The notes under the pieces were generated by a model. It had not been told where the DNA came from. It did no database searches and was given only the letters and a program-made list of their open reading frames with translations. A stretch of 64,000 nt of DNA from Lepidodermella squamata. Lineage: Eukaryota; Animalia; Gastrotricha. Shown here one piece after another: positions 47,456 to 59,500 of this stretch. The stretch lies in contig JBLDXI010000025.1 in the NCBI GenBank assembly GCA_047495785.1, positions 1,302,001 to 1,366,000 on the forward strand, given 5' to 3'. The position numbers were made by a program, and so were the translations under genes. The first letter of the stretch is position 1; every line of letters begins with the position of its first letter.

Positions 47456-48213
47456 TAATGCTCTGTCGGGATCTTTATAAGATGGCATCCAGTTAATTTT
47501 AAAATCGACATTTCGCGATGTTGCCCCCAAATGTACTTCACAAACTTCACAAACTCGCATACAACTCGATAATGGATCCAACAATAGAACAGATGCCTTG
47601 CAACGAAAACAAGGCGGAAGCCCAATCAACTAATCAACAGTCCCGAAGTCCGGAAATTCAGTATTGGAATAAGCATGGATTTGTTATTTTAATTTTGAAT
47701 ACAAGACTTTCTCTGAGCTAAAGAATGCAGGTCTTTCCGAATTTGAGTGATCACGATTCGATTCCTACAGGAAGCTTTTCCGAAATCCTTCCCCCTACCT
47801 TTCGTCGATTTGCTGGCCCATTTCGAATGGCGGAATACCTAAATCTTGAAAATTCCTTAAATTTGTTAAGCTGTTGTTAACTGGCTAGCGAGTTTATAGC
47901 GATTATGTAACAGCCAAGCTGTTCATTCTTGCGTTAATAGGCCTTGAGCTGGCAATCGTCGATTGCCAGCTGTCGACTGCCTGCTGGAATCGGAAAATAT
48001 TTTCATGATTAAGGGCAGAGTTTGGGTCGGTTCGCACAAGAGTCTTTTCGAGACAGTCTTTATACAACAATTTATTCTTTTCCAGGTATTCGCGTTAAAG
48101 ATGATGAAAATGAGTAACCATATTTTAAGGATAATAGCTTGGTTTAATGGTTAAGCATAAACTAAACCTCAACAAAACGAGAGAAATTTCTACAGTGAAG
48201 GTAAAACATCGAT

Positions 48214-49127
48214 TTAATCTCGGCGGAAGATTGGGGGGATGGTGCGGGCGTTGCGGCGCGCTTGCTGGATTTCGTCCCTGATTTCCTTGATTTTATCCGA
48301 AGTTGGGCCACACGCGTTCTTGAAAACGTTGTCTACAGCCTCACCATCACGAGGTACCGCGTTGTTGCTCAGGCTCTTGACAACATCAACACCAGCATCT
48401 GTCCACTTCTTTTCGACCTTCTCGTTGGCTTTGCGGCTCTTCTCGTCACCCATCTGACGGCCGAAGAGTAGGACTTGAACGAAGGAGTTGGGAAGGTTGC
48501 GGGCTTCAATGATAGCATCCTGAAGAGCGGAGGTATCCTTCGGTTCGTTGGGGCCAGCCAAAACCCAGATAAAGTTGCGCCTATCGTCGGTTGCATTGGC
48601 CTAAGAATTCATTAAATTTTTGGATCAATTTTAATAGTAAAATTTGTTTATATTACAAGTCCAGAAGCAGCCTTGAGGCCGGCGGCAGCGTCTGACGGTG
48701 AACCGAGATCGGTTGTGTTCAGGGTAATCTTGTCGAGAGCCCCAGTATCAGGCTTCGATACGTTCTTGTTATCAAGCTTTTGAGCGACATCAGCCGTAGC
48801 ACCGTATTGAACGATACCAATGTAGACCTCAGCCTTGTCTTCGGCGAGGGTGTCCTTGTACTTATTTAGAATGGATTTAAGGGCAGGCTTGATCTGACGG
48901 TTGAAAGCAGAAGCTGGGAAGAAGTTGCGATCGATAACAACGACAATGTTGGCCTTGCACGAAGGGACTTCAGGGGCCTTGGTGGTAGCCTTGGCAGTGG
49001 TGGCAGCAGCAGCAGTTGTGCCACCAGCAGCAGTCGTAGCAGCAGCTGCAGCTGTGGTTGCATCTTGGGCCATCGCCAAAGGCGCGGCGAATAGGAGAAC
49101 GCTAAGAATAATCTGAGCGCAGCGCAT
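48214..49127 (-). CDS. Secreted vWA-domain protein vWA6
   Basis: MRCAQIILSVLLFAAPLAMA signal; Ala/Thr segment; CKANIVVVIDRN; second exon RRNFIWVLAG...RRNARTIPPIFRRD. Confidence 0.8.
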
Positions 49128-49578
49128 TGTTGAATAAAATGCTTGAAACTGGAATCAAAAATTGACTACTGACACTTAAAAACGATTAATTTTCCTGCAG
49201 AGCCTTTTAAATGGCCGCCCACTGCACTTAACTGACCTGCTAACTGACGCTTAATGATTCAATGCTGAAGGTGATACGTCGAATGCCAGCCCACTAATAC
49301 CGTCGACAGAAAGCCTACCTGGTTCTCACGTATGCCTTAATGACTACTCACGGCTCAGAACCGCCTGTTTTTTCTGAACATTATTATCATCTCAAGCCAG
49401 CTCATTAACTAGCGTCGATTACGGCGTGTGTAATGAACACCTTCTTCACCTACGAATTTAATTGTTTAACGATGCGCCCATGCGTGCTTATGACGAAGTA
49501 TGTAAAAAACATAGTAAAAAAATAATAAAGTCATTAGGCGGGAGTCGAGTTTTTTTTACGCCAGGCCGGTCACCTCCG

Positions 49579-50337
49579 TCAACCAAACAACAGGCGCCAG
49601 TTGGTGAGCACAACACAGGAGTACCAGCCTTGATGGCAGATGACGGAGTTGCGGTCAGCCTCCAGAGCCGCGGCGTGTGCAGGGCACGCCGTTTCGAAGT
49701 AATTGAGCCCGACCATTTCTTCTGGACTGTTCACTTTCACATTAACATCTGTTATTTGCCGCATGGTAGTAAGAGGCGATGTGACTAGCTCAGACCATTT
49801 AGCAGTGTCATAGGCCACGCCGAATAATGTAGCGTGGATGACGGATCCGGACGCCTTCAATCTACCGGCATATAACGTCGCGTTTCCAGTTGGATCATCG
49901 GCAGAAAAGATAAGAACCAGAACATTTTGGTTTCGAAACTGAAAGTTGAATAATGGTCTCAATAATTCTTGGATCAAATGAACTGGAAATACCTGCGAGA
50001 TAATATATGCCAGAGCTTGCCCCAGGTCCATCAGTTTGCGCTCATCAAGGCTGGGTTCAAATTCCTTTTCTAAAGGATTTGACTCCACCAATAATCCATA
50101 TTCAATATTTGATATTTCGACCCGCCGGTTGGAGAAATATTCAGAGTATGAGTCTAAAAACCTTGATAAAAAAGATTGAGCAAGATCTGCGTAACTTTGA
50201 GTCCACGATGGCCCTTTGTTAAATAACGCCACGATTTTTGCATTGCAGGGTTGATTGCTCGGATTTCCGGATACGGTATGGAATGAAAGGCATGATGTAA
50301 TTATGCCGAATGCCGCAATAACGGTACACCTTGTCAT
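49579..50337 (-). CDS. Divergent secreted vWA-like protein vWA7 (probable in-frame intron after ...AYIISQ)
   Basis: MTRCTVIAAFGIITSCLSFHTVSG signal; CNAKIVALF, ISNIEYG, DLGQALAYI, VLVLIFSADDP, IHATLFG, terminal C; same blocks as vWA1-3. Confidence 0.65.
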   Translation of the reverse strand: MTRCTVIAAFGIITSCLSFHTVSGNPSNQPCNAKIVALFNKGPSWTQSYADLAQSFLSRFLDSYSEYFSNRRVEISNIEYGLLVESNPLEKEFEPSLDERKLMDLGQALAYIISQVFPVHLIQELLRPLFNFQFRNQNVLVLIFSADDPTGNATLYAGRLKASGSVIHATLFGVAYDTAKWSELVTSPLTTMRQITDVNVKVNSPEEMVGLNYFETACPAHAAALEADRNSVICHQGWYSCVVLTNWRLLFG

Positions 50338-50708
50338 TTTTGGTTTGATGTTGAAATTATTTGTCAATTTTCTTCTGAACGCTTTCCAGGATAATAAAGT
50401 TGGCTGAACTCTTCGCACTCAGCTTCTATCGACAAAGTAGCATTTTTGCTGCGTAAATGAGAAGTCGAGCATAAAAAGCGTTGGAATATCATCAAGAAAG
50501 CAAGCCGCTGTTTATTCCATTAAGCGTTGAGGTCCGTTCAAATTTACCTCAACCTATTATTTATTGTTTTCCTCCTTCAAAATCCTGGCAAAGTGTCAAC
50601 ACTTTTTATCAAAAATTCTTTGAGAATAAACTTATTAAAGCCATTTATCCAAACAGCCACGAATTCCACAACAAGAAACAAAACTTGAGTGTTAGATTTC
50701 AGCAAATA

Positions 50709-51147
50709 TTAGTAACAAAAATGCACAAGAGCCGATAAATCAAGGACAAAAGATCGAGCGAAGATGTAGAAGTCTTTCGGGAGTGAATCAATTTCCTTCC
50801 TTCGCAGATGCTTTTTAACCGATGAGTCTATTTTTCGCGCTTTCGCACAGACGAATGTTGTCAATTTCCTGCAGCGAACAGTTTGCAAGTCGCTTCCAGG
50901 CAGTTCTCGGCCCGGCGGGAAGCTTGCGCTCAAGTAGTCAGCCGGCGACACATCTGAGCAATACTGCGCTTGGAACGTTTTGGCTGCAGCGACTACGCTA
51001 GGCACCACGCGCTTCGTTCTGAATGCTTCCATAAATGCTTGGGCTTGCTGTAAAAAGTTACTTGGGGATTAAAAAGTAATGTTTCCCTGATATGCCTATT
51101 CATACCATGCAGCTGCATGTGGCAATGACAGCAGTGAAAATCTGCAT
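50709..51147 (-). CDS. Secreted 4-Cys helical protein, unknown family, member C (exon 51147-51106, intron 51105-51048, exon 51047-50709)
   Basis: Spliced N-terminus MQIFTAVIATCSCM|QAQAFMEAFRTKR; VVPSVVAAAKTFQAQYC, VRCRKLTTFVC (Cx7C) and FVLDLSALVHFC (Fx10C) match the spacing of members A and B. Confidence 0.65.
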
Positions 51148-51671
51148 TTTTTCTGCCTATCAATCTCCTATCGAAAAAACAAACGCATAGCACTGTAGAG
51201 GGAGTGTGAGCTGTTGGCTTTCGCGATGAAATAAATAGGTGACCAGCCGACTGTTTGATCTTTTTTCCCAGACGAAAGCATGAATTCGAAAGTGAACGGA
51301 CTTGAACCAAAAATGTGGTCAAGCGTAAATGAGTGCACGCTTCAATGCATGGGAAGATTGCAATGCGGGATGAGTTCTGCTCCGAGGGTTAATAACCGAT
51401 CCTGGCTGTAGATGACGTCAGCAATCTTGAATTGATGTTGATTGAGATGAGCAGTTAGCTACTAAATTTGTCAGTGGCGCTTCGCATGCGAATGTCACCG
51501 TGCTATCATTTCATCCCCCACTCCCGTCAGTCACTTGCATTCTCCTATGCGATAAGTAACAAGGTGTTATTGTTTTTCAAGTGTTATGTCTAAATTGTTT
51601 AGTAATCTGAGCACTTTAGCCGCAATTATCGTTCACATTCTTCGTCTTTATTTCGAAAAAAAGTGTCACAA

Positions 51672-52732
51672 TCAGCGGCTAAATATGAGCACCATTGTCT
51701 TGAGAAACATGTTCATTGGCAGTTTATCCGAGTTTGGATATTTTTCAGAAACTATCGATCGAGCAGACAAGAAGGCCATAGCTGCAGTTACGAAAACACA
51801 GCCTAAAACGCTGAAGGTATTCAAAGGAACGCCGAGAAACAATAATTGCCAAATGAAAGCGAAAACAACTTCGCAAGACCGCGTTAGCGAAACAACGCCA
51901 GCTGACACAACCCTGGCGGCAAATGCCTGCATAGCCTGGCCGAAAATCGCACTCACCGCTGTCAACAACATCATGCCTCGTTGAGCGTAACAAGGCGGCA
52001 TTTGAAAAACCCCGATGCATGCAACAATTAGGCAAAGAATTGGACCACTGGTGGCGGCGTAAAAGAATGAAATGGTTGCGTAGTTGACTTTTCGAAGTTT
52101 TCGAACGCAAAGGTACAGACCTGATTGGCAGATTGCGGCGCCTATTGCTAACGCACCCCCTATCAATCTCTCATCCATTGGAATATCATTCTTACTAACA
52201 ACAGAGGAAATTCCGAAAATGAAGGTTGGTCTTAACACGAAAATTACTCCTGTTAGGGTTAGGAATAAAATAGGGATATCGGATATAAAGCATCTCTCCT
52301 TCAAGAAAATCCGACCTAATAGGGTGGTCAAAGCTGGTGAAGTAGCGACAATGACGCTAACGTCTGCTAATGGTAAATAAGTCAGGGCTATGATATTCAT
52401 TGTCACGGAGACTCCTCCGAAAAACGACCTCCCAGCCAAAAATAGCCAATCTGGCCTGTTTCCGGTGTAGGATGCTTCGTGGAAGGCTACCTATTGGAAT
52501 TTCAAGAAAATTGCACGAAAACTGAGTTGAGCGGCAGAAAAACCTGAGGTCCGCATAAAAATATTGAAAAGGTTTGGCGAATCGCAGCGATCATGAATGG
52601 ATTCATGCGGAAATCGGCATTCAAAACTTTTACGACAAGGCTTCCAAGCGAGAATGATAACGCCCCAACGAGCCCTAGAAACACGCCAATCCCGCTGAAC
52701 GACAAGATTCGCGAACAGCCTTCTCCAGTCAT
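51672..52732 (-). CDS. EamA/DMT family transporter, SLC35G-like (intron 52491-52543)
   Basis: About 10 hydrophobic helices; LPLADVSVIVATSP..T.LLGRIFLKE, GV.FVLRP.FIFG, AGVVSL.RS.EVVFAFIWQ. Confidence 0.85.
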
Positions 52733-53539
52733 TTGAGTTTCATCAAAATTAAACCATCTAATGTTAACATTACTGTTTTTTATTCAAATTCTCTTTTAAA
52801 ATTCTTTTCTTCAAAGTTACTCTCATTTTTCTTCATAGCAAAAAGAAGAAAATTCAATAATATGATAGTTTCAATAATAGGACCATAAGACAACGTAAAT
52901 TATACAAAGCGTTGTCGGGAAATAACAGTGCCCCAAGAAGCGAATAATTTTTCGAATATAAAGAAGAAAAACGGCGATGAGCTTCGCAATAATTCCACAA
53001 TTATTATCATTATCAACACGGGTTAAACAACAAGGGTCGGGATTTCGAAGAAGAATAGAAAAATTACTCAGTTATTCAGACACATGCGGATAGAAGCGAC
53101 CATCACCTTTCAGCTTGATTATAATAGAACATCATTTTCAACATTCAAACAGAAAATTCAATGCTTTCGCTCAAAATATAGCTCAATTTTTCTAATAATT
53201 TTGCAAACAAAAACCGAAAGCGAGATTGAAAATATTCATTTATCATCTGGTCATGATGAAGAGTGCAGAGAAAAATCAGTTGAGAAAACGGCATCGAAAA
53301 AAACGCATTTTCTTGGCGCATTGATTCTAGGAAGTGCAAGTTTAGGGCAGTAAAATCGGAAGCTCAAAAACGTTTGAGGCTCTTGCTTTTGAATAAAAAC
53401 GAAGCGAGAAAAACCACAACCAGAAATAGCGTTCATTATTCAGGAATTCATTCAGGGTAAATATAACAGGATTTTGGTTTTTCGCAACAGGCAGTATTAG
53501 TGTAGTTATAATGTAATGCATCGTACAACAATAAAATCG

Positions 53540-56500
53540 CTATTTCGTAGCTGATGAAACGCACGAGTGATTGTGGAGGCTGAGGCTGTGGTGCGACGTC
53601 GGCGTGTTCTGCTGCGACTGCGACTGCACCGCATTCGACGAGCCCATCGGCGTCCGCGGCTTGATGCGCTCCGACTGCGTCCAGCACGTCTCTTCGTCCC
53701 AGTGGTCGGAGAAATTATCGAAAAAGACTAGCATTTCCGAGTCTGGGTTGAAGTTGTAGACGGCGTGCGACGCTTTGAATCGCCGCACTGATTCCAGAAT
53801 TTTGTGCTGGCGAAGGCGCTTTTCGAAGTTGATCGATGTACCGCCAGCCGCATCTTCTCGCATCGTATCAGGACATCCAAGATGCAAAAATGTCAGATCC
53901 TAAAAATAAAATTAAAATTAAAATTAAAATTAAAAAATTTCAGAATACTTTCTAGAAAAGCATGGGATATTATAGAGCAATTTAATAATTTAAAATGATG
54001 AAACAGATCGAAAAAATTCCAAAATATCATTGAGCTAGATGGAATGCTTACTGTTTCGCCGAAATATCCCCCACCTTAAAATAAATTCCCGCATTACTTG
54101 AATTTCCTGATTCTCCGTTGAGCTTATTTTTTCAATAATAATCAAGAAGTAACGAAATTGTACAAGCTAGTGCCCTCGTTTAGGGCCAAGTGGATGCCAA
54201 GTGGAGGCTTTTAAGGCCGTAAAAACGGAAACTATTATTCGTAAAATTTACAGAAGACTTTGTTGGCAAGAAGTCCTATAAATTCACTTACTTAAAAGTT
54301 GAGCTTAGTAATAGTGTCAATTATTGATGCAGTCTCAAGTGTTACCTTTGGCCTTGGCGAATAATTTATAAATTATTTTTAAACAATATAAGCTTACACT
54401 CAGGGTTAATCCGAGGTAGGGAATCGCAGGCGGATGGCAGTTTTCGAGTATACTCCTGTACGCCTTGAACGACCCACTCGAGTCGGTGAGATCTCGCAGC
54501 CCGTTGACAACTGACTTAATCCGCTTAACCACCCTCGCGGCTGAGGCGAGGCGAAGCACGGCGCCCGAATCGAGCGCACTCAACAGCGCTAGGCTAGAGT
54601 TGAAATTCTGCAGCTGCCGCAAATGCTGGACAACCTTCGCGAGTTTCAACATGAATCGCTCCCTCATTTTATCGCTATCTTGCTTCAAAATGATGGTCCG
54701 CGCCCAGAGTGACACGTCATTGAAATGGCGAGTAAAACTCGTTAAACGAGGCGTCATCAGCGAAATATCTCCCTTAATCGAATTCTCACTGCTGCTACCG
54801 CCGCCGCCGCCGCAATTAGTCGCGTAGACGAGTAATTCGGCTAAATCGAGCGATTCGAATAACCGCCAATCCAGCAGCGTCATCTGCTCGGCGATTCGCC
54901 GCGACCTGAAATCGAGTAGATTAGCCGGCCGTTTTGACGACGACGAATAATGCGAGTCTGAATGCGAGTTCGAAATCGCAGGGCTCAGCAGCAACACGTC
55001 ATTTTGATGCTGATTGAAATGGTTGTTCGACGGTAGATTCTGGAGATTCGCCTCGGCTCGAAGTAATTCCCGCCGCAGCGCTACGGCCAGATGCCACAGA
55101 CCCGGCCGCCGTAACAGCGAGTAGACGAATTCGGCCAGGCGAGATCGAAGTGACGGCCATCGAAATAGCGCGTCTGAGGTCGATAGGCTCGAAACGACGT
55201 GGACGAGTAGACACAGCGTTGAACAGGCCATTTTCTGCCGCGCGTCTTCCAGATTCAACCCGGCCTGGTGCCGCGATTCGGCCGTCAATTTTTCGAAGCG
55301 GTAAATCAGCTTATCGACGAGTTGATCCGGCGTTAGGAAAGTGCAGTACGTTGTTAGAAACGCGTCGACAAACGTGCGGTGCGACTCGGTTTGCGAGGGC
55401 AGCGATGCGTAGACGATCAACGCATCGGTTGGGCCGCTTTTCACGAGCCCCTTCTCGCCGGGCTTTTCGCTAAATTCGAGTAGTGATTCGACTTGATCCA
55501 TGAGTAAAATGTCCTGGCAAGCGCCTTGTCCGAGCGGCTGGGGCGGCCTCATAACCCGGTGGTTGTTGTTATTATTGTTCGATGATGATTGGCAGGAGGG
55601 CGGGGTGAGCGGGGGCGGGGCGGATGTGGCGATTTCCGGTTGTCGACACACCCAAACCGGCACTTGCGGTTGTTGTTGAGGTTTTCGATTGGCAGGTGGT
55701 GACATGGGCGGTTTCGAGGGCGCGTTAGTGCAAATAACAGGAATTTCGCGCGCCACGCTGCCGTTGACAAACAGCTCGGTCGAGGCAGTCCAGTTTTTCG
55801 TAGTTTCCTAATAATCAAACACAACAGGATGTAAGCGGGCAAGTCATACTTTTTCCTCTTGTTTATACGTGTATAATATCGAATAAATAACAACAAAAAT
55901 CAATCGCACGGTGCGCTAAGTCGAGTATGCAAAAAAATATTAAAAATTTGTGCACGCAATATCGGGATAGTAATAACGAGAAAATTGCGCACTGAGCCTA
56001 GTTCAATAATGACTCGAATAGGAAAAACTTTCTCGAGATAAATCGATCATTATATCAACAGCCCAAGGACTTCTCGCAGTAATTAGTTGAAAATTATAAG
56101 AATTTGAATAAATTGTAGATTAAATTAAGAATAAAATTAACGAGAATTGTAGTCAAGAGCAAAATTGTATTATATGAAATAATTTTTCAAGCGAAATTTC
56201 AAAAACTCGAGCAAAATTGTCATTTTCGAGTGGATTAAGCCAGATTATAAACTTGATGACAAAACCAAGTGCTAAAATGCACTTAAAATTCACCAAAAAA
56301 GTCATTGTTGGGCTCAGAGCCAAAACATTGAAAAATTAAACAATGAATTTGATGAATATATTTTCATAAAATATATCAATAACCTAAGAATAAAAATATT
56401 TCGACGATTCATACCTGTTTTGGTTGATGATTGATAGAGTTGTTTGAATTGTTTCCGGGCGCCGGCCGGATACTCATGTACTCAGGGCCAGGCGAGTAGC

Positions 56501-59500
56501 ACTCGACGTTATCGTAGACCCCATTTCGACCTAAGCCGTTGCTTTTCACTCGCTCAGGCGAAGACTCCGACCCAGAATCCCACCTCGGCACTGTGTTCTG
56601 ATATGGCGATGTTCGAGACGACTCGAATGAGACCGTTTTCAGCGTTTTTTCGAGTTGCGCCAATTTCCCGTGACCCCTCCGGTCTTGGGTCTGAGAACCG
56701 CTGAGAACGACTTGAACGGTAGACCTATTCCGGTGAGCGCCGGGCGCGGCGCCAAAACCTGACCCATCATCGGACGTATTCATCATAACGGTGGTCTTGA
56801 AAGTCGAATTGGCCGTTCTAAAAATAAAAAATTCATTAAAATCGGGAAACAAAAAATATTGAGCTTTTTACTTTGAATTCGGCATGTCTTCATTGACCGA
56901 GGTGGATTTTCGGACAGTAACCGGTACAACTGGCAAGCCTTCATCGATGCGGTTGAGCGTTTCCCGCAAACTGTTGATCACGTGAATCGTCTGTTGCTTA
57001 ATCGGCGGGCCGCGCGAGGGCGTTGCGGCACCGTTGCTGCAGTTATTATTATTATCAGGCAGCGGCCGCCTTTCCGTCAGTGTCGACCCGTTAGTTCGCA
57101 TGCTGATGCCGCTATCGCTCGGGCTGACCTGGTTGACTGCAGACAGCGATAGCAAATCGCACAATCGAGCCAAATGCGATAGTAGCGCTCCGACAGGTAT
57201 TAGCAGCGCAGTTGTCACAAAATCGTGCCTACAGAAAGTTGAAAAATGAGTGAAAAAATGAAAAGTCCAGCTTAATTTTTCCAATCGTCAAAAAATTAGA
57301 AAATTAGAATACACCTTTTCCCATTAGAAATTGCCGCGGCACCAAATGATTTTGCCGACCTATTTTTAGCTCGCACTTGTTCACGTGAATGATTGCTCTT
57401 ATTTTTTGCTTCTTCTTCGTCGTCGTATTCCACTTCTATGGCAATGATGGTAATGAGTGTATTTTATGGCTTTTGGCACTGATCAGAGCCAAAATATACG
57501 GCACGCGCCATATTTTCAATACGCTGATGTTGCTAAATTTAATATTGTGCTAAATTTGTTTAATATTTGGACCGTAATCTTCAAAGACAGAGTTTTATAA
57601 GCACTCATGAATGATGATTATAATTTGAACCTTATTTGGTCGTTCCGAATTTTAATACCTAAAACTGTGGAAACGCATTTTCTGAAACTGTTACAAAAAA
57701 ATTTCACCTCTGAAAACATTATCGATGGGCAATTTACTCCAGATATAAAAATACCGCAGCTCTAAGATTTGGGAGTATCGAAAATACGCCTTAAAATAAT
57801 TAATTTTAAAACCGTTATAAAAATCTGAAAATTAGATCGTTTTCTTATTGACCGTTGGAATTCTAAAGGAAGAATACCTACGAAGACTAACAATTTTTTT
57901 GATTGTAATTGTGCCATGTGGTAATTTTTAATGACATTCTTTCTTCCTTTTAAGAATATTTCTCTTACATTTGAAAATAATTTGCGAAATCAAGGTTCTC
58001 TTTTTGAATCAGCCGGTATTTATTTCCTCAACAAGCACCGCTATTTAGCATATTAAAATCAGCTGAAAAATGTTTCGCGAAATTCCGACATCAGGTGATA
58101 ATTTGTGGTCAATATATAATTTTTGCCATTTCTGCGAAAGCATCTTAATATAGATAACTCATATTAGAAGTTGCAGCTCTAAACTATTGTGAATGATATC
58201 ACTATGTAAAAAATATGGCGCGTGCCGTATATTTTGGCTCTGATCAGTGCCAAAAGCCATAAAATACACTCATTACCATCATTGCCATAGAAGTGGAATA
58301 CGACGACGAAGAAGAAGCAAAAAATAAGAGCAATCATTCACGTGAACAAGTGCGAGCTAAAAATAGGTCGGCAAAATCATTTGGTGCCGCGGCAATTTCT
58401 AATGGGAAAAGGTGTATTTGAAAAATCCAGCTTAATTCTTAGAAATTTCCAAATAATTATCCTTAATTGAAGATGGTTAAGAACTTGGGATTATTATCCT
58501 AGGAGTTGAGATTAGGATTTGATGAGCGCAATATCAGTAAACGATAATCGAAACGGAAAACAGCTGTTTTCGGTATTTTAAGGAGTTGATCAAACAAATT
58601 ACAGTCTCCGGGCTAAAAATAGCCGGTAAACACAGGCTGAAAACGTGTTCAAAGGCTTAACCTAGCTTAACTAACTATAAACTACTAGCACTAGGAGTAT
58701 TTATAAGTGAAAATACTCTACTATAGAGATCTACAAGTCGGCCGTTTTCATCCTCTGATGAGTATATAATAAGTTAAACGATAGCAATAATAATAATAAT
58801 AATAACAATAACTCAACAGGGCGTAGTGTATAACGTAGAAAAATCGCTGCTCTATTAACTGCTGATCGCGCGTGAGATATTGCGAGGCCGAACCTCATTT
58901 CTATCTACCTTAATAAAAATTACACGTGTGCGCAAAACGTATAGCAGTCATCGCGAGAGGCACATTGCGATGCACAGAGATATCAAATAACGCCTTTCGA
59001 GCAACGCAAAACCGGAACCATATAGTCGAGAGCGAGAGGGTTGGTTATAAACAACTGTTCGATTTGCGCACGATATATATGTATATCGGTACCCATATAA
59101 CGAAAAATCGCATTTTCTACGCGCGCGTTCAACCTCTTTCAACACAACAATAACAACGCGTCTAATAAAAACCGCAAACAATAAATAGTAAATAAAGCAA
59201 AAAGGCGCGCAAAATCACAAAGGTAAACATTGGTCTTCGGCCGCGAACCCGATCTACCCGGTCGCAAAAATATTAATACGCGTTATCTCTTTTTATCAGC
59301 GCTTGTTTGCGAGCGCATCCGCTAGATAGCGAACCGGGGCACGCTTTTTTATTATTTTTATACTACATATCAGCTCGAGTAGAAAAAGGCAGTGGGCCAG
59401 GTGGGGCGGAGTCGGCCGGCCGGACTGATCAGACGGAAAAATACGATAAAAATTATACGGCTATTACCGGAATCACTAAAGCGCTTTCAAGTCAAGTTGG

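Noticed and set aside
53903-53935. (TAAAAT)n short repeat; also (AAT)n at about 58787-58810
   Set aside because: Ordinary intronic microsatellites.
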